64,000 bases of DNA. Origin: Octopus sinensis (lineage: Eukaryota). Where the stretch lies: the NCBI RefSeq assembly GCF_006345805.1, contig NC_043008.1, positions 53,444,001 to 53,508,000 on the forward strand. Reading direction: 5' to 3'. This document shows positions 28,030-41,239 of this stretch, in pieces. The position numbers and the translations under genes were made by a program. Positions within the stretch are counted from its first letter, which is position 1. The number at the start of each line of letters is the position of its first letter. The notes beneath the pieces were generated by a model. That model was not told where the DNA came from. It did no database searches and saw only the letters and a list, made by a program, of their open reading frames with translations.

Positions 28030-28755
28030 AAACCTGAAAAAGCTTTATTACTAACATGCTTCCCTATAAGTTTATTACTAACATGCTTCCCTATAAATGG
28101 TCCCACATGACCATTTATTCTTCTCGAATCTTGGAAGGATTTGGGATCACGTACTTCATGCAAAAGGAGTCGTAAGTAACAGTATTCTGCTTGTCTTGAC
28201 GGGGACACTGTAAACTCTTTCAAGAGCGTCAGCCCCACGTTTCCTCTTGTGCCATTTATTGTTTCACCAAGGGTAATACTTGGGTACTTGTGGGTGAAGG
28301 AATTTTCTTGCATCTTCATCTACTTGACAGAACTTTAAAAAAGCAGTAAGGGTAGTTTCTTTTGAAGAAAGTGCTTGTTGCAAGGCTGTTTGTTTTGTAA
28401 AAATAATCCTTTGGCCATTCTCTAGATGGACACTCAGATGAATGATGGCTGGGTGCCTCTCATGAATGAGAAAATTGAAGATGCACCAAAAAGCCTCATT
28501 GCTACTGATGTATTTTCCTTTGTCATACTGTGCAGCTTCATCAGTTTTATTTGTCTGCTGACTGCCATTCTGCATAAAAGTGTATGTTGCAGCAACTAAA
28601 CCTTTGTTTATATATTTGCAAACATACTTAATAGACTTAACAGAGTTACAAGATTCAACATTGATTCTGGCTACCTGTACTCGTCTTTGCTTCACTGTAG
28701 AATACTGATCAACTACATTTACTCCGTCTCCTCTTGTAGACAGTGAGAACATTGT
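28030..28755 (-). pseudogene. Helitron RepHel remnant (Rep-to-helicase linker region)
   Basis: RINVESCNSVKSIKYVCKYINKG, YISSNEAFWCIFNFLIHERHPAIIHLSVHLENGQR, TTLTAF, YYPW, then FTVSP..YLRLLLHEVRDPKSFQD..ING. These are conserved Helitron motifs. Confidence 0.92.
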
Positions 28756-29687
28756 TCTTGGAAACTTTTTTGAAAATTAAAATGGGGATTAAATGAAAAA
28801 ATGAGAGAAAGTTATGTGAATATCTTCATAAGAGTGATTGAAATAAATGGTGATTGTGGAACGCCCCACGCACGCATACGCATACACACACAGACACAGT
28901 ATCATACATCAGATGAAATGTACGTGTGTGTGTGTGTGTGTGTGTTTGTGAGAGAGAGAGAGAGAGGGGGGTGTTGTCATGTATACATACATGTGTGAAT
29001 GACTTCAAGTACATAGAGCTGAACACGGCGCTCAAAAGGTAAATAAATGAAACATTTTTACGGAAATTAACTAAATGTGCGGATTTAAGCGAAACAATGG
29101 CCATATTATTTGTACGCCCCATGTTAAATTGCAAAATTCTAATGTGATATTTGTGTAATAACGAAATCAAACCTGGAGTGTGTGTATGCGTTTATATTAG
29201 AGCCAGTGAGTGTTTATATTAGGGAGACAGTGCGTGTGTGAGAGAGACAAAGAGAAGGTGAGGAAACATTGCAAACGTTGAATGAAATAAACATGAAATG
29301 AAAAAATTGCATAAATAAAATCTCATTAAAAATTATTTTGTACGGAATATTTAAATTTCTGAACTTGGTAAATATTTCTTTCTGTAATTTATCGTAGTCG
29401 TTTGCAAATAGCAAATTAAAACTTGAAATGAAAATATTAAAATGGAGGGTGAGAGACTTTGTAAAGGAAAACGGAATATTTCGCCGTTGCTTCGTCAATG
29501 CCAGAAGTTGACATTGAGAAACCTTTTTAAAGAAGTGAATCATATATAAAAAAAACGATATTATTTATTTTTAATAAAAAATAAACTGCAGACCCTCTTA
29601 TGTTTCCGAGGTCAATTTATTCATGCATATGCATATACATATGCATGCGTATATATAAATATATATATATTTGTGTGTGTGTGTATA

Positions 29688-29724
<37 letters not shown>

Positions 29725-30411
29725 CTGCTAAACACTTGTTTATCCTGTTGCTATCTGCACCCTACGTGTATAGAGTGCCTGCATAACCAATGCCATGTGA
29801 TAACGTGGGTAAGGGATACCGATAGTATATACGGATATTTTATCCCTTAGTCGGTTATTATAACCATTAGCTCTGTTACACTATATGTGTATATATATAT
29901 ATATATACATACACTCATACACATATATAATTTTATAACTATGCATTTGTATATGTATGTACGTGTATGTGCGTGTGTGTATGTGTGTGCGCGCATGCAT
30001 GTAGATTTGTGTGTATGAAATTGCATCATAGTGTAGAGAGAGATAGGGCTTCCGAGTGCATTGTATTAAACTGTAAATGAGCAAAGACCCAGGGAGGTAA
30101 CGTTATGAGTGAAGGAGAAGACGACATATGATACAATGAATGGAAATCTGAGATATAGTCTGTGAGAGAGAGAGAGAGACATGGGAGAGAGGAAGGAAGG
30201 GAGGGAAGGAAAGAAGGGAATGTGTGTGTCACAGAGAGAAATAAGTATGGTAGGAGGAAGAGGGGGAGAAAGCGGGGGAGGAGAGAGAGAAGATGAGAAA
30301 ATGAAGGGAAAACGGAGAGGTGTCGCATGAGATAGGCAGGTAGTCTATATAGCTATATACAGAGAGACAGAGAGAGAATGAGATAGGTTGAGACATAGAC
30401 AGGTAGATAGG

Positions 30412-30475
<64 letters not shown>

Positions 30476-30588
30476 CAAAAAACCTGATTAGGTTGCAATA
30501 GATGAAAAGAGAGTGCGGGAGGTCTAGGCTTAAGGGAATAGAATAGAAGAGAATATTTGTTTGTTTTTGCGTGTGCGTGAGAGGCAGA

Positions 30589-30625
<37 letters not shown>

Positions 30626-31442
30626 TGAGAAAAATGGTAGAGATATGCAGAGGGAGAAGGGGAGAGGAGGAATATATGAATATATATTATGAATATATTA
30701 TATATATATATATATCTATATATATATATATATGTATATATATAAAGAGAAAGAGAGAGGGAAAAGAAAGAGAGCAGGAAAATGAAAGAAAGAAAGATAA
30801 AGAATGAGAAATATATATACGTTAATTCACAGACATATTCTACGCAGGAGATGATTAAAATAGAACTGGATACACGGAATTGGATAAGAAGACATTTGAA
30901 CAGAAATAGGACGAAGTAATCAAGGAATCAGACGGTGAATATCTTTTGATATTTTCGTTTCTATAGAAAGACCGTTACTTGAACTTATTTCTCAGGGTAA
31001 CAAATTATACACTCTAAATACGAAATCTAAGACAAATTCTATTTAAAAATCACCAACAAAGATTTTCTTTCATAAATTTACTTTCCGAAAATATATCTCC
31101 TTCTCAAAACCAAAGAGCAGATTGCATTGGCAACTTAATAAAAGAAAGAATTACGGTGAGAATTTCGAAATAATCAATGTTAGTGGGAAATGAATAAAAA
31201 AAAATAAAGGTTAATTAAAAGAACTATCTGCCATTTGAACCCGAGTTCGATTTAACGCGAATTCTTCCTGCTGAAGTGAGATAAAAGACGCGTTATTGAA
31301 ACAGGCAACGTTGAAAAGTCAGCGTAAACCAATTCAACTTTATTTAGTTTGTATTCTACATCTATAGGCTTTCTTTGGCGAATATTTTTATACGTATGTA
31401 CAGACATGCATACAACCATATAAGTATATATATATATATAGA

Positions 31443-31483
<41 letters not shown>

Positions 31484-31543
31484 GATCTATAATATATATA
31501 TATATAATATATATATATATATATTATATATATATATCTATAT

Positions 31544-31585
<42 letters not shown>

Positions 31586-31587
<2 letters not shown>

Positions 31588-31741
31588 CGTAGGAGTGGCT
31601 TGTGTGGTAGTAGCTTGTTTACCAACATGGTTCCGGTTCAGTCCCACTGCGTGGCACCTTGGGCAAGTGTCTTCTACTATAAGCCTCGGGCCGACCAAAG
31701 TATTGTGGATTTGGTAGACGGAAACTGAAAGAAGCCTGTCG

Positions 31742-31804
<63 letters not shown>

Positions 31805-32027
31805 GCGTGTGTGTGTGTGTGTGTTTGTCCCCCTAGCGTTGCTTGACAACCGATGCTGGTATTTATGTCCTGTTACTTAGCGGTTCGGAAAAAGAGACCG
31901 ATAGAATAAGTACTGGGCTTACAAAGAATAAGTCCCCCGGGGTCGAGTTGCTCGATTAAAGGCGGTGCTCCAGCATGGCCGCAGTCAAATGACTGAACAA
32001 ATAAAAGAGTAAAAAAGAGTAAAGAGT
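31586..32027 (+). mobile_element. Type C SINE, full length, with internal (TA)n(TG)n
   Basis: GGCGTAGGAGTGGCTTGTGTGGTAGTAGC..GGTTCAGTCCCACTGCGTGGCACCTTGGGCAAGTG..CCAGCATGGCCGCAGTCAAATGACTGA..(AAAAGAGT)n tail. Confidence 0.88.
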
Positions 32028-32031
32028 ATAT

Positions 32032-32062
<31 letters not shown>

Positions 32063-32184
32063 AGATTATAAAATTATATCCAGATACCCTAATTTATAAT
32101 TTTAAATAATTATCGCCCTTGAAAAGGTTTTTATTCCTATGCTGGCCAGTTGATGAGATCGATATTTAAATTTCGATCTTATCC

Positions 32185-32243
<59 letters not shown>

Positions 32244-33024
32244 TCCATATATATATAATAAATTTATATATATATACATATGTATGCATGATATATATAT
32301 ATATATATAATATATAGTATATATCCCACACACATTATATTGTGTCTTAGGAGAATCATTCTCTAAAGTGAATGACTCTCCCAAGATAAATCACATATAG
32401 CATCTTCTAAACTAATACAAAACGATATATATTTACACAAACGCACAGACACACATACACAAACACACACACACACACACACACACGCTCACTGTTTAAC
32501 GTTGTGAATTATTAAATACCCAATTAGCAATGGGTATGCGGCGAAGAAAAGACAATACAACAGTATCTTAATGACTTATGTTTCAAGTATAATGTCTGCA
32601 AATACAAGAGACAACTCTGGAGATATTTCGGTGTTATGGCACCTTTCGAAAGAAATTGCCAAAGTAGTGAAGATAGAAGCTCTAAGTTCCCAGGGCTGCA
32701 TACATTCGAGGGTGCGAGTGTGTGAAACATTAATGGCTGAAAAATTCGGTATGTTACTTTTGCAGTGAACTGTAAACTTGAAATATCAGATTGATTTATT
32801 ACAAAACGGTAAGTTTAGTGTTATATATCTCTTCAATAACGATTACTCGTGGCACTTTTTACATCGTTATGAAAGAAATTACGTATTATTTTTCAAACGT
32901 ACTATATATCTCCCCTGTGTGTTGTGTGTGTTAACTGTAAAGTCATATATTCTTTGATCTTTTTTATTTTACATTAAATGCAATATTGATAAAAGAAAAT
33001 GTCTGTACAGGCATATGTACCTAT

Positions 33025-33235
33025 ATATAATATTAATATATATATATATATATATATCTATATATATAATATATAGAATATATATACATATTTATGTTTA
33101 CTTTATTACGCATATATTTCATGTATATTTATATATACGTATACTTAATACATATATATATATTATAAAATATATATATTTATATATTTTTTTATATAAT
33201 ATAGATATATATATATATTTATCTATATATATATT

Positions 33236-33266
<31 letters not shown>

Positions 33267-33760
33267 ATATATATTTATATATATATATATTTATCTATAG
33301 ATATATATTAAATATAATATATATACATAATTTATGTTTTTCTACTACGCCTATATATTCATGTATATTTATATATACGTTACTTAAATACAATATGATA
33401 TATATATCTATATTATATATAAATATATCCTATATATATACATAATATATATATATCCATACATATATTTTATATATCATATATCTATATATATATATAT
33501 ATATATATATAAATATTGTAATGTATATATATATATATAATATATATATATGATATAATGTATTTAAGTATACGTATATATATAATATACATGAATATAT
33601 CTGCGTGTATAAGTAAACATAAATATGTATATATCTTATATATATATATATTATATATATAATATATATATATATATATATGTAATTTAAGTATACGTAT
33701 ATATAAATATACATGAATATTATGCGTGTATAAGTAACATAAATATGTATATATATTTAT

Positions 33761-33791
<31 letters not shown>

Positions 33792-33860
33792 CATATATAT
33801 ATATCTACATACATATATTTATATTATATATATATATATATATATACATGCATATATTTT
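33025..33860. repeat. Degenerate (TA)n-rich tract with internal duplications
   Basis: Direct reading. Confidence 0.85.
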
Positions 33861-34149
33861 TGTGTGTGTATGTTGTGTGTGTGTGGGCGTTTTTCCTTAG
33901 ATGTAAGTGACGTGATAAATAAATGATAGTCCATAAAATATTTTAATAAAATACCCGGAAGAAGGATAAAAAAACGCAACAGTTCAAATTCCCGATATTT
34001 TGTGAGCGATTGTATATTTATAGATTCATTTGACTTTGAACTTCTTAAGATGACTTATTTTCAAATTTCTCAATGTTTCGGAGTAACGCTAACACAGACG
34101 TTTATAACACACAAACATATAGACGTATATATGCATACACATCACTGGT

Positions 34150-34415
34150 ATTCCGTCATTGAGTTCGATTCCAGGCGCAGCGAGCTGTCCTTCAGCAAGT
34201 CTTTTTATTTCAAGTAGCTCCAGTTCACGCAGCTAGCAAAAATAAGAATCACGTGTATTTTAAAGGGCTAATCTTGTTACACTATGTGTCACGCTGAAAA
34301 ACTAATTTCAGAGTACACCCGTCTGTAGAGTGTATTTGTGCGTAAGCTTCACGAGCAGGCTGTTCCGTTGATCTGATCAACTGGCATCCTCATCGTCGTA
34401 ACCGACGGATACCAT
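34150..34415 (+). mobile_element. Degenerate SINE with tail 1
   Basis: GAGTTCGATTCCAGG B box; CACGAGCAGGCTGTTCCGTTGATC..CGTAACCGACGG tail as in 205-590. Confidence 0.65.
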
Positions 34416-34689
34416 TTTCTTTTATATATAATCTATATGTTTATTTTTTTATTAGTTTACTAGTGGAGAACCAAAAGGCCAATGGAAGAGTTCTTCATAA
34501 CGTATCTTATCAATCATGGAACGAAGACAACGAAGGTTAATCAATTTGCTCGACTACACATTTTATGACCGTAATCCAGCATGGCCGCAATCTAATGACT
34601 GAAATTTATGAAAACAATAAAGGATATGCATACATACATACACACACACAAATACACACAGAGAGACACACACAAACACACAGGCATAT

Positions 34690-35677
34690 ATATATATACA
34701 TACATACATACATATATACATACAATATATATATATATATAATATATACATACTACATTATATATATACAATACATATACATACATACATATATATATAT
34801 ACATATATACATACATACATATAAACATACATATATTATAATTATATATAAATACATACATATATAGATACCTACATATATAGATACAGACATATATACA
34901 TACATATACATACATACAATATATATACATACATATATATATATATATAGATACATACATATATAGATACATACATATTACATACATATATATAATATAT
35001 ACATACATATATATATATATATATATACATACATATATATATATATTATACATACATATATACATATATAGATACATATATATATAGATACATACATATA
35101 TACATACATATATACATACATACATATATATATATACATATATACATACATACATATATACATACATATACACATACATATATATATACATACATACATA
35201 CATATATATATATACATACATATATACATACATACATATATATATATACATACATATATACATACATACATATATATATATACATACATATATACATACA
35301 TACATATATATATATATACATATATATATATACATGCATACATATATATATACATATATATATATACATGCATACATATATACATACATACATATATATA
35401 TACATACATATATACATACATACATATAAACATACATATATATATACATATATATAAATACATACATATATAGATACATACATATATAGATACAGACATA
35501 TATACATACATATATACATACATATATATATATATATAGATACATACATATATACATGCATACATATATACATACATATATACATACATACATATATATA
35601 TACATACATATATATATATATATAGATACATACATATATAGATACATACATATATACATACATATATATATATATAT

Positions 35678-35710
<33 letters not shown>

Positions 35711-35940
35711 GATACATACATATATAGATACATACATATATACATACATATATACATACATACATATATACATACATACATATATATATACATACATATA
35801 TATATACATACATTCATATATATACATACATACATATATACATACATACATATATATAAACATACATATATATATATATACATACATACACACACACACA
35901 CACACACCACACACACATATATATATATATATATATGCAC
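34690..35940. repeat. ~1.25-kb (CATA)n/(TA)n compound array
   Basis: Direct reading; source of the 467-aa, 334-aa and 255-aa artefactual ORFs. Confidence 0.95.
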
Positions 35941-36429
35941 ACACGACAACAAATACAGACACATATATGTGTATGTAGACAAAGGAAAAGAACATTCATG
36001 GTGTTTAAGTCTACATTATATTCTGAATTATGAAATACTTTATTGAAAAATAAATACACAAATACTCAAGCATCAAGTTATTCGATAATGATTATCGCAA
36101 ATGTCTGTTACTGCAGCAGAAGAGAGGAAACAGAACGACTCTAGTTTACTTTGTCATTACGTAACTCTATTGGTAATGGTTATTTAATATATCCGGGTCT
36201 TCTTTTTTCTTTTCCTCTAATATCTTCATTAATGTATTTCTCAAATGTGTAAACAACATAAAAATCAAGTTATGCTTGTGACCTAGCATAATTATTAAAA
36301 AAGGAAGGCAAACAAATAGAATAATGCATTAATAGAATTTCACATGGCTCTCCGCCATAGAGGTTCTTATTCGTTATGCCAAAAATAGAGCATTGCCACA
36401 ATTGCAACCAGCAATAATAATAGTAATAG

Positions 36430-36635
36430 TTTCTAGGTACAAGGTGTGAAATTTTGCGGGAAGGGAATCGTCGAATACATCGAGCATAGTGCACAATTGG
36501 TACTTGTTTTATCGACCACGAAAGGTTGAAAAGCAAAGACAGTCTCGGAAGAAATTGAACTCAGAACATAAAGACGGACGAAGTGCTGCGAAGCATTTTG
36601 CCCGACGGGCTACAGATTCTGTCAGTTCAGCGCTC
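36430..36635 (-). mobile_element. Degenerate type B SINE
   Basis: TTGGTACTTGTTTTATCGACC..GAAATTGAACTCAGAAC..AAGCATTTTGCCCG. Confidence 0.6.
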
Positions 36636-36677
36636 TAATAATGATGATGATGATGGTGATGCTTAATAATAATAATG

Positions 36678-36711
<34 letters not shown>

Positions 36712-36734
36712 TAATAATAATAATAATAATAATA

Positions 36735-36790
<56 letters not shown>

Positions 36791-36792
<2 letters not shown>

Positions 36793-36999
36793 CCTTATTC
36801 AGGGACCTTTTGAGTGAGATGGCCTACTCAACATGAAGAAAAGTCCAGCTGGGCCTCGCCTTGATATGAGATCAACATATCACGCACATATGGTTGTGAT
36901 GCATGTACCCTTATTAGACAGGTAATCATGATTGGTATACTGGGCTACGTATATTTTACCCCAGTGTCACTTTGATGGCATGCACTGCTCTCTCACACA
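36791..36999 (+). mobile_element. Retroposon 3' fragment inserted in (TAA)n
   Basis: Flanked on both sides by long (TAA)n; homologous to 39725-39965 (ACCCTTATTCAGG..ACCCCAGTGTCACTTTGATGGCATGCACTGCTCTCTCAC). Confidence 0.7.
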
Positions 37000-37017
37000 A
37001 TAATAATAATAATAATA

Positions 37018-37049
<32 letters not shown>

Positions 37050-37079
37050 TAACTAATAATAATAATAATACATAATAAA

Positions 37080-37138
<59 letters not shown>

Positions 37139-37820
37139 TTAATAATAATAAGCTAATAACAACTGAGCTAATAACTGCTATGGTTAGGGTTAGGGTTAGC
37201 GATCTCTGTCTCAAAATCGGATTCTGTCTCTATGTTGCAATTAGTAACCCTTCTCTGCAACCGTCTCTCTTGCTAGCCACTTTATTCTCTCTCTCTCCAG
37301 ATTTTCTGCTTGTTCCTTCCTTTCGCAGTAATGTTAAAACCATCACGGCAGCATTTTATGCACATTTTATTGCATAAAATAATTGATAACGACTCAAAGT
37401 CTTGCCGTTTATTACACGAACAACAAATATTTACACATCATTACTACAATATTTACAACATTACTAGTTCTTGTCATATTTCTACATTATCCCATCCGGC
37501 TTTCATTCTCTTATTCCAACATCTTTTCCGATGATATTGTCCTATTTTATTTGTTGTTTTAATTCTCAACAAGATGTCGTCATGGTGGATTTCGAAGCAG
37601 CTAAAGCCAGAAATAGTAGTATGTAAACATTGTGTTAAAAACCCTTCGGATAGGAAAAGCTCGTAGGACTCAAACGCTGTACTACTGGACAAAATTAATC
37701 TTTCAAATTTCTCCATCGATTTTAGAAATTCGAAGGATTCCTGTACTACATCTACACACTATTATTTATAGCACTATCTGCTCCGAAATCCACGGCTCCA
37801 AGACAGAATTATATTATATA

Positions 37821-37851
<31 letters not shown>

Positions 37852-38019
37852 TGGAAGGTTTGGAGATGATGTACAGGTATTATATATTAGAAGAAATGAG
37901 GTAATCAGATCGGATGGTTCATATTTATAGATATTTATTTATATATTACATTTTTTACATATATATATCATATCATTCGGATTATTAGCGCTTTAGTGTA
38001 TATATATAGTTGAAATTTA

Positions 38020-38175
38020 CAGAAAAACAAAGGACAAAGACAGCTGTATGAGCAACAAGAAGGTGTATTAGTTTGACGCTCGGGTAAGTGAGAAAGTCTG
38101 TTTTGTTTCGAGCCTACGCTTTGCAGCAGAAAGGGATAAGAGAAAATAAACAGAGAGAGAATATATACACAGTTG
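38020..38175 (-). mobile_element. Family H1 repeat with heavily decayed hammerhead
   Basis: GTTTCGAGCCTACGCTTTGCAGCAGAAAGGG parallels 7236-7265. Confidence 0.55.
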
Positions 38176-39102
38176 TTCCAAATGGCACAAAGTTCATTTG
38201 AACAGACAAGCTAATATGCCATATTTCTAGTAAGACAGGTAAGTCCAACGCTGATCTAAAATGGCATTTTAATATCCTCAAACTGTATAAGACAAAGAAA
38301 ACTGTGCCACTTGAAGTGAGCCATATTTGCACTGAAAATTGAAACAAATCTTGGAACTCAAAAGCAACTTACGTGGCCATGCGCGGATAAAATACATCTA
38401 ACAAGAAGCGGTCAAGCTCTGAATAAGAGAAAACTACTTCTATATCTCTATTCAGGTATGTATACACACACACACTCACACACACACAACACACACACAC
38501 ACACGACTCTTCATTAGAAAATACACTCATGTTCCTCTTTCGTTCAGAGTTATGCTGTCGGCACATTATCAGTTAATTTGTAGATTGTCAAACACAGGTC
38601 AGTCAACGTAAGTTAGTGTCAATAATCTTTATCTATCAATTCCCATGTCCCAGGCAATTTAACATGGACCTCTACGGCCCATGAACAAGTAAATGTCAAA
38701 TGCCAACCAGTAAAATCCTTCGCGTTATTCCAATCGATAGAGGTTATTAATATTCTTGTCATTGTGAAGTCCCATTAATATCAGAATATCAGCCACTTCA
38801 GATAACGCAGGGAAAATAACCGCAAAAAAAAAAAATACTAAATAAATGTTAACTAGTTTCTTTTTAGATTTTAATTAATCAATAAATGACGACATATTAG
38901 GCGAGTGAAGCAAGAGAAAAATAATGTTTGTTTTATTATATTGTATTTTAGTTTTTCATCTAATTTTTGTCTGTTTTTGTTTGCAGTGAACATGTAGAAA
39001 TAATATGGCGGCTGACGAGAAAAATCAGGAAAGGAAAAGAGCAGCCAAGAACTTGGAATGCGACACACAGAAACGAAACACACACACAAATAAATAAATG
39101 AA

Positions 39103-39133
<31 letters not shown>

Positions 39134-39370
39134 AGTAGGAGTAAAGTTATACGTTAATGTGGAAAATAAATTTGTTTATGGTCCGCAAGATTAGCTAATT
39201 GAGAATGTTGATGCCTCTCAGCCGCACTGCCATTTTGTGGCATCGTTGTGAAGGGGCAGCAGACGCAGCACCTGCGGCAGCAAGAATAACAACAGCAAGA
39301 ATAAAAAAAAATAAAACAAGACTGGATGCAACCAAATCCAAATACACTTTTACTGTTAATGTAACAGTGC

Positions 39371-39411
<41 letters not shown>

Positions 39412-39724
39412 GAAGAAGAAGAAGAAGAAGAAGAAGAAATGCCATGACGCAAAACCAGGCAGTGGCCTCATGGCTTTTGATCTTAACATGTTTTTTCTTT
39501 GCATAAAAGATGGGTTACCGCAAATATCCTGCTCAATACCACAGATTTGTTTGTCATTTGCTTGACCTTTACCCCTTTGTCCCTTAGTGGCTGACGATAC
39601 GTGCATCTCTGATCACGAGCAGGCGTAGTGGGAGAGCATCATTGCGATGTATGGAGAGGAATTCTTTGGAGTTTAAATAATTCATCCCTGAAATCATTGG
39701 TGTTTCATTTATCATTCTTAAACT

Positions 39725-39965
39725 ACCCTTATTCAGGTACCTTTTGAACTGAGTGGACAACTCGACCTGAAAAAAATATCTAAATGGGCTCCACCTGGAA
39801 GGTCATGTACTATTTATCGTGATATGAAATCACCATGTCACACACATAGGGTTGTACTACATGTGCTGGGTTTATCATTATCAGATAGAGTAAGCATGAT
39901 GGGTATATTGGGTTTCAGATACTTGTACCCCAGCGTCACTTTGATGACATGCAGTGCTCTCTCAC
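39725..39965 (+). mobile_element. Second copy of the TAA-associated retroposon (may extend upstream to ~39430)
   Basis: Homology to 36791-36999; ends in an AAC/AAT tail; a (TAA)n(GAA)n run lies at 39370-39440. Confidence 0.65.
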
Positions 39966-40748
39966 CTAATCACAACAACAGCAACAACGACGACAATAAT
40001 AATAATAATTTCTTTATTAGACACGAGGACAAACCTAAAGGCACATAAACTATGGAATGTACAAACAGCCACGGAGGTTCTGCGTCCCTACTCGCCCTGT
40101 AACCAACAGGAGAGAAGTTCTACATGATTATTTGCACTGCAACCAAATATTTCTCTGATCATAACCGGTCGTCTGAAGGAAAAAACACAGAACAGGTTGG
40201 AGTGGCAGTTTATATTCTTAAAGAATGTAATGGTTACAGTTGGAAGACCTAACATCATTCGTCTGATGGACCATATTTTACCTATGTCGAAGCAAACGGA
40301 AGAACAACAATAACAGCAACAAAATCAACAGCAATAGGAACGTGGAGCAATATCTGCAGTATGAGAATCTCTGCAATTCTCAAGAATCGAAAACGGGTCA
40401 GAAAGTTTGAAAACGTTGCAACTTATATATATGTTATTTACACACAACAATGGTGGACGAGATTCAGAATGAACGACTAATAACGAAATGTAAAATAGTA
40501 ATTGCTTGTTTGGAACACAAAAAGGACAAATATCGTCCTGTTAATTAAGCTTAATAACCACGAACTAATTAAATTATCGTAAAATGCTGAAATCAATAAT
40601 TAGTTTTCTTCCAAACCGCCTAAATATATATGCGTTACATTTATCTAAGGAAGTGATATTGCGTCACAAGCGCCAATTACATATGAGCAATTGACTATTG
40701 AAACCTGACAATATATTCCCACCTTCGCAATCTCGGGCAATCTGTAAT

Positions 40749-41138
40749 ACTCTTTTACTCTTTTACTTGCCTCAGTCATTTGACTGCGGCCATGCTGGAG
40801 CACCGCCTTTAGTCGAGCAAATCGACCCCATGACTTATTCTTTGTAAGCCTAGTACTTATTCTATCGGTCTCTTTTGCCGAACCCCTAAGTTACAGGGAC
40901 GTAAACACACCAGCATCGGTTGTCAAGTGATGTTTGGGGGAACAAACACAAACACACACACATATATATACATATACATATATACGACGAGCTTCTTTCA
41001 GTTTCCGTCTACCAAATCCACTCACAAGGGTTTGGTCGGCCCGAGGCTATAGTAGAAGACACTTGCCCAAGGTACCACGAAGTGGGACTGCAACCGAAAC
41101 CATGTGGTTGGTAAGCAAGCTACTTACCACACAGCCAC
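40749..41138 (-). mobile_element. Type C SINE, near full length
   Basis: Reverse complement of 31586-32027 with a shorter internal microsatellite. Confidence 0.88.
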
Positions 41139-41239
41139 GTTGAATGTATATTACAGGGTGTCAGAGAAAAACATTACGTATTTTAACGGCCATTCATGTA
41201 GCTCTAGTGAAGTTAAGCAGGAAGAAATAATGTCCTCGT

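Noticed and set aside
32135-32175. TTGATGA-GATCGA..TCGATC hairpin resembling an HHR 5' half
   Set aside because: Core has C3-to-T and the GAAAC/stem III half is missing.
32528-32726. Stop-free 66-codon frame (QWVCGEEK..LWRYFGVMAPFER..HTFEG) with AG before and GT near the end
   Set aside because: Weak acceptor and no recognisable domain; the length is expected by chance. RNA-seq or BLASTx would be needed.
34592-35995. 467-aa ORF and many other [12 protein letters not shown] ORFs
   Set aside because: Translations of (CATA)n/(TA)n microsatellites, which lack stops in several frames.
37182-37199. (GGTTAG)x3 telomere-like repeat
   Set aside because: Only three units at the edge of a TAA tract; not informative.
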